64,000 nucleotides of DNA from positions 1,470 through 65,469 of the forward strand of contig CALBIL010000073.1 of the NCBI GenBank assembly GCA_937892945.1, given 5' to 3'. The notes below the pieces were generated by a model. The model was not told where the DNA came from and searched no databases. It saw only the letters and a program-made list of their open reading frames with translations. Positions 36,372-44,172 of the stretch are shown piece after piece. Numbering within the stretch: position 1 is the stretch's first letter; the number at the start of each line of letters is the position of its first letter. The stretch is from an uncultured euryarchaeote (GTDB lineage: Archaea; Thermoplasmatota; Poseidoniia; Poseidoniales; Poseidoniaceae). The position numbers and the translations under genes are program-made.

Positions 36372-37406
36372 ATGAGCGAAGAATCCGATGCCACAGAAGA
36401 ATCAAAAGCAGATGTTTCTACAACAGATGAAGCAAAGAAAGAAGCTGAACAAGCACGCTTAGCAAAGACCTTTCGTTTGATTTCTGGAGAAGAAGTATTA
36501 TTGACAAAGCGTCCAAGCATGTTTGCTTTTTTGGGGATGTACATTCTTGGAACACTTGCGCTTGGAGTCCATCTCTTCTTTCACTTCGCTGAGAGTTTTG
36601 ACCCGGAGAATCCAGTTCTTAATCTCCTCGTTGCTTTTGCAGAACTTAGTGATGATCCAAAACTCCCATTCGGATTTGTATTCGTCATGCTCTTTTTAGC
36701 TTGGATGAATCGATTGATTAATGTTTCAACTTCAGGACGATGGGTTACAATTGCAATCATTTTTATGGCAAGCACGCCCCTCATAATCGGCATTGATGCT
36801 TTGGTCGGGCTCGTCATAGGGATCTTTTCTGATTCAGATGCTGGAAACTTCATCCCAATTGATTACAATTTCTTTATCTTTGGTTTAGTCTATTTTGCAA
36901 TATTCATGGGCATGACCTATCGATATCAGCGAAGTTTCCACTATGCAATCACTACAGACGCAGTTATTTTCGAACACAGTTTCTTGCTATCTCGTTCTCA
37001 CCGACGAATCCTCTTCGACCGTATCTCGGAAGTGATGGTTGAACGCTCACCTGTTGGGACTCTTCTTGGTTTTGCAACCGTCACAATCCTCACCGATTCA
37101 GGCGTTGGAATTGTCGAGGAGAGCACAGGCTCTAGAATGTCTGGTGCCATACCCGGGACAACTGAAAGAGAAGGCGACTCCACAGCTGAAAAGGCTGGCA
37201 AAGGCATCCTTCGTTCAATTATTGGACTCCTTACCTACCAACGAACAATTCGAGTGGTCCGTCCAGATCCAAAACACTGCATGTACAACATTCGTAACTG
37301 GGGAAAGGCAAAAGCACTTCTTAACGAAAAACATAAGGAACACAGTCAATCAAACCTTTTGCGAGACTTGAAGGACACAATCATCGCCACAAGCGATGGC
37401 AACTGA
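36372..37406 (+). CDS. membrane protein with bacterial PH-like (bPH_2 / YdbS-YdbT-type) domain
   Basis: It has an acidic N-terminus, about 4 TM helices, and then HYAITTDAVIFEHSFLLSRSHRRILFDRISEVMVERSPVGTLLGFATVTILTDSG, which follows the bPH_2 pattern. GGAGGAGGAG precedes the ATG. Confidence 0.6.
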   Translation: MSEESDATEESKADVSTTDEAKKEAEQARLAKTFRLISGEEVLLTKRPSMFAFLGMYILGTLALGVHLFFHFAESFDPENPVLNLLVAFAELSDDPKLPFGFVFVMLFLAWMNRLINVSTSGRWVTIAIIFMASTPLIIGIDALVGLVIGIFSDSDAGNFIPIDYNFFIFGLVYFAIFMGMTYRYQRSFHYAITTDAVIFEHSFLLSRSHRRILFDRISEVMVERSPVGTLLGFATVTILTDSGVGIVEESTGSRMSGAIPGTTEREGDSTAEKAGKGILRSIIGLLTYQRTIRVVRPDPKHCMYNIRNWGKAKALLNEKHKEHSQSNLLRDLKDTIIATSDGN

Positions 37407-37471
37407 TTCCTAATTGGACCTGCGAGGGTTTCAAAAACTGAATACGACCGCGTAGAGATAGAGGCGAGAAT

Positions 37472-37993
37472 ATGAGCGATGAAGAAATACTCCAAGGACC
37501 AATCGAAAAACTACGCAACGGCGACCTTGATGGTGCACTTGCTGACCTTGACGAAATGATGGGAGTTCACAAAACAAATGCCGAAGTCCATCACATGTTT
37601 GCAGAGTTTGCAAACATGAAAAATACAGAAGCTCAAGAAGATGTCATCCCTGGTGGTAAAATCATGATGGCTTACAAAAAAGCCATGCAAATGGATGAAG
37701 AAAACATGGAATACATCGGTGATTTCGCAACTTTTGCACTTGAATGCCGTCGCATACCTGTTGCAGTGAAAGAATTTCAGCGCTATGCTCGCCGCCTCGA
37801 ACTCGAAGATATTCCCGTTGATGAAATTTTGTTCACAGCAAGCCGGAACATCGTCGATGCAATCGAAGTGATGGATCCAAGTCGACAGAATCCAATGGTT
37901 CAACCATGGTTAAAGCAAGCACTCATCTGGTCAATAGGCGGATTGGGATATTCTCCTGAAGACGCAATTGAAATGCTCCAAAGCGAAGATTGA
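37472..37993 (+). CDS. hypothetical acidic helical protein (possibly TPR-like)
   Basis: 173 aa with no TM segment and a helical-repeat-like composition. I recognise no family. Confidence 0.5.
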   Translation: MSDEEILQGPIEKLRNGDLDGALADLDEMMGVHKTNAEVHHMFAEFANMKNTEAQEDVIPGGKIMMAYKKAMQMDEENMEYIGDFATFALECRRIPVAVKEFQRYARRLELEDIPVDEILFTASRNIVDAIEVMDPSRQNPMVQPWLKQALIWSIGGLGYSPEDAIEMLQSED

Positions 37994-38002
37994 GGTGGAC
38001 CT

Positions 38003-38923
38003 ATGGCGGACCAGAGCGTTCGCCTTGCCTTTCGAATTGGCTATCTCGGTGATGCATATCATGGCAGCCAAATCCAACCTGATGTCAAAACAGTTCAAGG
38101 TGAACTGATTCGGGTCTTTCGGAGTCTTCAATGGTTAGACCCCGCGAACACAGAACATAATCTCGTTCTCTCAAGCCGAACAGATGCTGGAGTCCATGTA
38201 CGACTCAACGGTGGCGTAGTCAGAATTGAGAGGGAACTTTGGAAGGCATTAACACCTCGTAAGATGATTCGAGCATTAGACGACCGATTACCAAAGGATA
38301 TCGCCTTTCTTGATGTTCGTGAAATTGATGAAGATTGGAATCCACGTATGGCAAATCATCGAGTGTATCGTTATCGTCTTGAAGGTCTTGAATTTTGGAA
38401 ATATCCGGGCGAACAATTTGTTGATTGGTTAAAAATGTTTGAAGGAACCTATAATGCTACAAATTTTGCACGTTTGGAAGAAGGTAAAAACCCAATGCGA
38501 ACAATATTTTCATGCACACCATGGATTGTTGATGGTCGCACGATTGGTTTTGAGATCATAGGTGAAGCCTTTCTTTGGAATCAAGTCCGGAGAACGGCAA
38601 TGGCGTTACATCGGATGTGTATTGGTGAGCTCGAACCTGACGAGGTGCTTCAAGCGATTCAACATCCAGAAATCGAAGCGGATTTTGGAGTTGCTGCACC
38701 AGATTGGCTGATTCTTTGGGGTGTTGATTGGGACGAAGTGCCTTTGCCAGTGACTGTGTCTGAAGTGACATCACTTACCGCACCACCGACCGGTCCGGCT
38801 GTTGAGCGAACGATGAGGAAACGGTGGCGGGAAGGTGCTCGACATGAACTCAAGAATCTCTTGTATCAGGAATGGGCTGAGATTGGCGAGTTACCAATCG
38901 TAAAGCACACGACCCTTACTTGA
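38003..38923 (+). CDS. truA: tRNA pseudouridine(38-40) synthase TruA/Pus-type
   Basis: RLAFRIGYLGDAYHGSQIQPDVKTVQGEL...SSRTDAGVHV...YRY... contains the TruA catalytic RTDAGVH motif. Confidence 0.88.
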   Translation: MADQSVRLAFRIGYLGDAYHGSQIQPDVKTVQGELIRVFRSLQWLDPANTEHNLVLSSRTDAGVHVRLNGGVVRIERELWKALTPRKMIRALDDRLPKDIAFLDVREIDEDWNPRMANHRVYRYRLEGLEFWKYPGEQFVDWLKMFEGTYNATNFARLEEGKNPMRTIFSCTPWIVDGRTIGFEIIGEAFLWNQVRRTAMALHRMCIGELEPDEVLQAIQHPEIEADFGVAAPDWLILWGVDWDEVPLPVTVSEVTSLTAPPTGPAVERTMRKRWREGARHELKNLLYQEWAEIGELPIVKHTTLT

Positions 38924-39383
38924 CCACAATCTGAATAATGTGCTCGTCTTCAAGTGAGAGTCTCTCACGTAAAAATGCACATGCAATCACTTCAACCACG
39001 TCAGTATGCCGTGTTAAATCTGGAATAAGCATGGCACATTCAACAGTATCTCCATCGTGTTCCAAGACTGCTAAAAAAGCTGTTGCGCCACCAAAAGAGA
39101 CTCCATCACGTAAAAAGCCACGAACACGATGAGCATCGTACATTGAAACATCCAGCGATGATGCAGCCGAACGGTCTTCATCGGATGCATCCAGTGTATC
39201 AATACCTGATTTTTTCCGCAATGCGATGTAATTAATCAAATCTTGACCTTGAATGGTGAGGTTCAATGTTCCTGGCCAAGCAGTACCTCCAAGCAGATGC
39301 TTGAATTGTTCTTGGTAATGTGGCTGTGCCATGAAGATGTGCGCTCGACCCAAGCCACTGCTCACTGTTCCAGTCAGACGCAT
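38916..39383 (-). CDS. ribK: CTP-dependent riboflavin kinase, archaeal type (RibK)
   Basis: ORF 38916..39515(-). The internal Met at 39383 gives MRLTGTVSSGLGRAHIFMAQPHYQEQFKHLLGGTAWPGTLNLTI, matching the MJ0056-type opening (G.VvSGlG.g..f...p.Y...f...lG..pyeGTLNl.l). The 3' end overlaps truA by 8 nt (convergent). Confidence 0.8.
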   Translation of the reverse strand: MRLTGTVSSGLGRAHIFMAQPHYQEQFKHLLGGTAWPGTLNLTIQGQDLINYIALRKKSGIDTLDASDEDRSAASSLDVSMYDAHRVRGFLRDGVSFGGATAFLAVLEHDGDTVECAMLIPDLTRHTDVVEVIACAFLRERLSLEDEHIIQIVVK

Positions 39384-39501
39384 ATCACGGCCAAAACGAA
39401 CTCCTTTTTGAGTGCATGCATGGTTGCTCACATGTGTTTTCATCCCAACCAGCCCGAAAGAACTTGAACGGTGAACCAATGCGTTGAGTTGGGGAGAGCA
39501 T

Positions 39502-40683
39502 ATGCCAGGTGACATGACATGGATGAAAAGTCGATTTGATGAATTATCAGAGAAGTCTCTTCTCTGGGAACCACCAACTCTTGAAAGCCCGAATCAACCA
39601 CGGTGCCAAATGAACGGTAAGCCGACAATCATGCTCTCGGCAAACAATTATCTGAACCTCACGACCCATCCAAAGGTCAAGCAAGCCATGCTTGATGCGA
39701 CAATGAAGTACGGTGCAGGCAGTGGTAGTGTTCGAGCAATTGCCGGAACAATGGATATCCATCTGGAAGCGGAAAAGAAAGTCGCTGAGTTCAAAGGCGT
39801 TGAAGCATCTCTCATCTATTCGGCCGGTTACACCGTCAATGTTGGGCTCATACCGACTTTGGTAACTGGACCTCAAGATGTCATCATCAGTGATTCATTA
39901 AATCATGGTTCAATCATCGATGGCGTTCGATTAACAAAAGCAAGTCGAGGTGTCTATGCTCACAATGACATGGGAGAGTTGGAAGCAGTTCTACAAGCCC
40001 ACGAAAGTGCTGAACGGAAACTCATCATTACCGATGGTGTGTTTTCAATGGATGGAGATATTGCTCCGCTTGATGAAGTGACACAATTGGCGGAGGAATA
40101 TGGAGCGATGGTCTATGTTGATGATTGCCATGGAGAAGGTGTACTTGGTGAGAAGGGAGCAGGGATTGTTGCTCATTTCAATCTTCAAGGTAAAGTGGAC
40201 TTTGAAACAGGTTCGTTTTCCAAAGCCCTTGGCGTTCAAGGAGGGATTCTTGCTGGTACTGAAATGACTCGCACCCACGCTTTGAACCATTCCCGCTCAT
40301 GGCTCCTTTCAGGCTCACAACCTCCTGGTGTTGCCGCAGCTCAAAAAGCAGCGATTGAAGTCTTGATGGATGAACCTGAACATCATGCTCGACTTTGGGA
40401 CAATACGGACTACTTCCGCAAGGAATTGCAATCACTTGGATTCGACACCGGCAATTCGGTGACGCCGATTATTCCAGTGATGTGCGGTGAATCAAGCGTG
40501 GCTAAAGCCATGACCAAAGCACTTGGTGACGAAGGAGTCATGGCTGGTGCAATTGTATTTCCAATGGTTGCTCGAGATAAGGCTCGGATTCGAACACAAA
40601 TGTCAGCAGGCCTTACTCGAGAAGATTTGGATGAAGTGCTCCGTTTGTTCGAAAAAGTTGGACCAACACTTGACTTGATCTGA
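39502..40683 (+). CDS. kbl: 2-amino-3-ketobutyrate CoA ligase (glycine C-acetyltransferase) / 8-amino-7-oxononanoate synthase family
   Basis: ORF 39484..40683 starts at TTG, with an ATG at 39502. It reads NNYLNL..HP...GSGSVRAIAGT...ISDSLNHGSIIDGVRL...ITDGVFSMDGDIAPL...VDDCHGEGVLG..G.G...TGSFSKALG, which follows E. coli Kbl closely, including the PLP-Lys. Confidence 0.85.
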   Translation: MPGDMTWMKSRFDELSEKSLLWEPPTLESPNQPRCQMNGKPTIMLSANNYLNLTTHPKVKQAMLDATMKYGAGSGSVRAIAGTMDIHLEAEKKVAEFKGVEASLIYSAGYTVNVGLIPTLVTGPQDVIISDSLNHGSIIDGVRLTKASRGVYAHNDMGELEAVLQAHESAERKLIITDGVFSMDGDIAPLDEVTQLAEEYGAMVYVDDCHGEGVLGEKGAGIVAHFNLQGKVDFETGSFSKALGVQGGILAGTEMTRTHALNHSRSWLLSGSQPPGVAAAQKAAIEVLMDEPEHHARLWDNTDYFRKELQSLGFDTGNSVTPIIPVMCGESSVAKAMTKALGDEGVMAGAIVFPMVARDKARIRTQMSAGLTREDLDEVLRLFEKVGPTLDLI

Positions 40684-40685
40684 AC

Positions 40686-41300
40686 TCACTCGGCTTCGAG
40701 TGAATTGACGACTGAAAGCAATTCTTCATCACCATCAGCGATTTCTTCTACAAAGTTTGAATCTTCATAGTAATATTTCATCTCATGACCTTCAAAGGGG
40801 TTGACTCCATCTTCTAACTGGCACAAGAGGCGCCAGCGAGGCGCCCATGAAAGGTGAACATACATTGGACCTGGAAGCAACAATAAGAACATGTAAAGAG
40901 ATGACGGCACCTCGAACATCCCCGTATGCGAAATCGTCAACAATCCAAATCCAACAAATGGCATTGGATAGAGGAGTATACGTGGAGGTGTCACTGGGAA
41001 GCGCTTTGAGAGGCTCACAATCACCAAAGAGATCATTCCCAAAAGAAGACAAGCAACCATAATCAAAGATGAATGAAAAAGCCAATTTGTAAACCAACTC
41101 TCTGAGGCTTGGGCAAATCGGTAAGGAAGTAACAATGCAAGTGATACTAAGAGTCCGTAAAATGCAGAGATATTCGACGGATGGGAAAGCCAAAGTGGCA
41201 ATTGAGTAAATCTCCGTGAAAGGGAAGTCCCCAAAAGCGTTTCACGCTCTTTTGGATTGAGCGCCTCAAGGTGACCTTGCCATCGCACTGAAGATTCCAC
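40686..41300 (-). CDS. hypothetical membrane protein with acidic C-terminus
   Basis: ORF 40686..41300(-) starts with GTG and has no early ATG. It has about 4 hydrophobic segments and an acidic tail (EEIADGDEELLSVVNSLEAE). Confidence 0.45.
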   Translation of the reverse strand: MESSVRWQGHLEALNPKERETLLGTSLSRRFTQLPLWLSHPSNISAFYGLLVSLALLLPYRFAQASESWFTNWLFHSSLIMVACLLLGMISLVIVSLSKRFPVTPPRILLYPMPFVGFGLLTISHTGMFEVPSSLYMFLLLLPGPMYVHLSWAPRWRLLCQLEDGVNPFEGHEMKYYYEDSNFVEEIADGDEELLSVVNSLEAE

Positions 41301-41354
41301 GTTCTGCGGTAGAGGTAGAGCCTTTCAATGTAAAGGCTATATTTTTCTCGAACA

Positions 41355-42008
41355 TCACTGTTCTCCACGCAGTTTTTGGAACAAACCCTCGGGTTCGATT
41401 TCAATGGAGTCCTGTTCTTCAAGCCACGAACGTTCAAGCAAGCCTGAATCGAGATGTTCTCGTTCACGAGCGGATTCAATCAAATCTTCATCTCCGTTTA
41501 CTGCGTCACGTAAAGCGATGGCTTGATTGATGAGCATCACATAACGCTTGAGCGTTGGATGGGTTTCATGTAAGGAACTGAAATGGCCGATTACCCCATA
41601 GGTCTCATCATCCCGAATGAGCAAGGAACCCCCAAGTAATTCATCAACTGTCAATCGTACTCTTCCTTCACCAACATTACCCCAAGTGCCGTCAGAAAAT
41701 TTCACCATGACAAGTGCAGCACCAAGTTCGAGGTCACCCATGAATGGATGATTCAGATTGACTGCTAATGGCACACGAAGTAAGGGTGAGTTCTGGTAGA
41801 TGAAAAACGCGCCAAAACTACCGAGGAAGAAAACCAGTAGAGTTGCGAAAAGACCGCCATTGAGAGTGAAAAGAAAAAAAAGTAATCCTGCAATGAAGAG
41901 TTCATACACTGCCAAAACACCAAGAAACTTGTAGAGGAATGGGCGCGCAACTTCCAAGGAATTGAAGCGACGCATTTCGACTGACAATTCACCTCGCACC
42001 TCGCCCAT
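41355..42008 (-). CDS. hypothetical membrane protein (2 TM helices plus a soluble C-terminal domain)
   Basis: ATG start. It has two long hydrophobic helices (FLGVLAVYELFIAGLLFFLFTL, LFATLLVFFLGSFGAFFIY) followed by a ~130-aa soluble region. I recognise no family. Confidence 0.5.
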   Translation of the reverse strand: MGEVRGELSVEMRRFNSLEVARPFLYKFLGVLAVYELFIAGLLFFLFTLNGGLFATLLVFFLGSFGAFFIYQNSPLLRVPLAVNLNHPFMGDLELGAALVMVKFSDGTWGNVGEGRVRLTVDELLGGSLLIRDDETYGVIGHFSSLHETHPTLKRYVMLINQAIALRDAVNGDEDLIESAREREHLDSGLLERSWLEEQDSIEIEPEGLFQKLRGEQ

Positions 42009-42154
42009 ATTTGACCATCGACTCGCTGTCTTTCAACTTCACGGTGATGAATGAAAGTAGGAAGTGAACATGCAGTCGGCTCAAGGTACACATTGGAGAA
42101 AGCATCATTCTATGTTGAAACCAGCCGCACCCTTCAAGAAGTGTCTCGTAAGCA

Positions 42155-42169
42155 TCACCCCGAAGGGGT
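42155..42169 (+). promoter_or_regulatory. 6-bp GC-rich hairpin (CACCCC-GAA-GGGGTG) overlapping the Shine-Dalgarno-like GGTGAGG of the 42178 gene
   Basis: Read directly: gcatCACCCCgaaGGGGTGaggaaaaATG. The 3' arm supplies the first four bases of the purine tract, 9 nt before the ATG. Confidence 0.3.
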
Positions 42170-42177
42170 GAGGAAAA

Positions 42178-44172
42178 ATGGTCGAACTGCCGCAAGGAGA
42201 TGTTACAGAAGTACGGCGTGGTGGACCTGAATCTCTGCGCATATTGTCGATGGATATGGCTCGATTAGGCACCTCTGGTTACATCAGAATCGAACGCCGA
42301 CCAAAGGAACAAATGCCTCGTATTGGACTCATTGTATTCCGTGAAGGCAAACCGATGCTAGCGTTGCATGAAGCAGATGCAATCACCATGTCTCTTGAAG
42401 CGCTACTGGATATTGAAAGTGATGCTGCACTCGTTGATGCTTTACTGGCCATTCACGAACTGCCTGTGACTGACCTCAACCAGATTCTCAACCTCCACCC
42501 CGAAGCACACTTCCAGATGGATGAACAAAAACAACAAACCGATGGAGACCATCAATGGTGGTCGAAATCGAAATTGAGAACAAGCAGTTGGAGGCGGCAA
42601 GAACGCTTACCCGAACTTGAGGTCGTGAACGAGGCCCCAGAAGCAATACGACAACGGACCAAGGCACTCATGCAACGCTTTGATGGCGTCGAGAAAATGT
42701 TGCGGCCAGGAGATGCATATTTCTTCGACTCAAAGAATCCTGCACCAATGTTTGACCTTGCTGGCCACTTAGCGGTCCATGGCCGCCCACTGTTTGTACT
42801 GGCACGGCATGACATCGAAGCACTCAACGTTGAACACAATATTCCGATCGCCTCCAGCTCATGGTTGTCACAAAATGGCGATGTACGCTCGACGGAACCT
42901 ACATTGGAGAATATCCGTCGAAAAATAGATGCGTTTCTTTGGGAGAATCTCCGGGCAGTTGTTGTCCTTGAAGGCGTTGAGTACCTTGCAAGTATCCACG
43001 GAGATGAACGCGTCGTCAATTTCCTACGCGACATTGTCGATGGAGTACGCCTTGAGGACCATTTGTTTTTGGCAACAGGAGATTTCAATGCATTCCCATT
43101 GACCACGCGTCAGCATTTGTCACGTTACATGACTGACCTTGAGCCATCTGTTCTTGAGCATTGGAACCTCGAACCAGAACTTATACTCGACCACCCACTT
43201 TGTGCACCAGCAAGCGAAGAAGAGCGCCAATGGATTGAGCAGCAATTACAACTGGCAATTTCACCTTCTGAATCCGGCACAATCCCGCCACAATCTACGG
43301 TCTTTGGAACGATGGAAGGCGGACTGGAAACTCCAGATTCTGAAGATGTACAAGCCGCAACAGAATCGCTGAGCACTGTTGCTCAAGAATGGGCGACTCC
43401 TGCAGCACACCATTCGGAAGGCATCGGAGTCGGCAATGGACGTGAGTCCATGGAACCGTTGAGCCAGACAAATCAAGTTGAGGCTACATACCACACAAAG
43501 GCCATTGTAAATCACAACGAATCGAATGAATCGTTGGAACCGGGCCTTGAACCAACTTCGGGCACGCCAACTTCCGAACCAATCGAATCAACGGACACGC
43601 CCCTCGCAGATGAAAAGCCCACCGTCATCCAACCGCGGAAAGCACAACGGATGTCACGGCGCAGTAAAGCAAATACTACCCGGACAATCCCTCGTAATCA
43701 ACAAGGTATTCAAGCCGCTGCGGCAAATGCCCATGATGCAAAAGAACTGATCGACATTGAAAAGGTGAACAGAACCTCGCCAAACTCCTTTTCGGATTCT
43801 CTGGAAGATTATGATGATCGTCAAAAGAAAGCAGTCGAAAGCATGCGTGTGAAATCTTCTGCCAAGAGTGATTCATCGCTCAATGACGCAACACGTCAAC
43901 GTATCAATCGTCAAGAACTCAATCTACCCGAAACTGCATTTGCAAAACGACCTCTTGAGGCAATAAAAGGACGCCAACCAATCAATACGCAGACGAGACT
44001 CACCCCCTTACTGACCCGACCAGGCGTAACACATTCATCGCAACCAAAAGAGGCTATACGTGAATCCGCTGCACGACAACAAACGGAATCTCCGATTGAA
44101 ATGAAACTCAGTGTTTGGGAAGTAGAAGACAGAGAACGTTTGAGAAGAGAATTGGAAGGTGCTAAGAAATGA
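42178..44172 (+). CDS. DUF835-type protein with DUF4388-like N-terminal module and a ~330-aa low-complexity tail
   Basis: 664 aa. The N-terminus reads SGYIRIERR....IGLIVFREGKPMLALHE...SLEALLDI. The central part (about nt 42700..43152) reads LRPGDAYFFDS...RPLFVLARHD...LRAVVVLEGVEYLASIHGDERVVNFLRDIVDGVRLEDHLFLATGDFNAF, following the DUF835 pattern (vvlldglEYLi..ngf..vl.fl..l.d). The remainder is S/T/E/Q/P-rich. Confidence 0.65.
   Translation: MVELPQGDVTEVRRGGPESLRILSMDMARLGTSGYIRIERRPKEQMPRIGLIVFREGKPMLALHEADAITMSLEALLDIESDAALVDALLAIHELPVTDLNQILNLHPEAHFQMDEQKQQTDGDHQWWSKSKLRTSSWRRQERLPELEVVNEAPEAIRQRTKALMQRFDGVEKMLRPGDAYFFDSKNPAPMFDLAGHLAVHGRPLFVLARHDIEALNVEHNIPIASSSWLSQNGDVRSTEPTLENIRRKIDAFLWENLRAVVVLEGVEYLASIHGDERVVNFLRDIVDGVRLEDHLFLATGDFNAFPLTTRQHLSRYMTDLEPSVLEHWNLEPELILDHPLCAPASEEERQWIEQQLQLAISPSESGTIPPQSTVFGTMEGGLETPDSEDVQAATESLSTVAQEWATPAAHHSEGIGVGNGRESMEPLSQTNQVEATYHTKAIVNHNESNESLEPGLEPTSGTPTSEPIESTDTPLADEKPTVIQPRKAQRMSRRSKANTTRTIPRNQQGIQAAAANAHDAKELIDIEKVNRTSPNSFSDSLEDYDDRQKKAVESMRVKSSAKSDSSLNDATRQRINRQELNLPETAFAKRPLEAIKGRQPINTQTRLTPLLTRPGVTHSSQPKEAIRESAARQQTESPIEMKLSVWEVEDRERLRRELEGAKK

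Noticed and set aside
41860-41885. Homopolymer run (A8 on the plus strand) inside ORF 41355-42008 as a programmed frameshift site
   Set aside because: The reading frame stays open and coherent (hydrophobic helix LLFFLFTL) straight through it. There is no alternative-frame continuation of interest.
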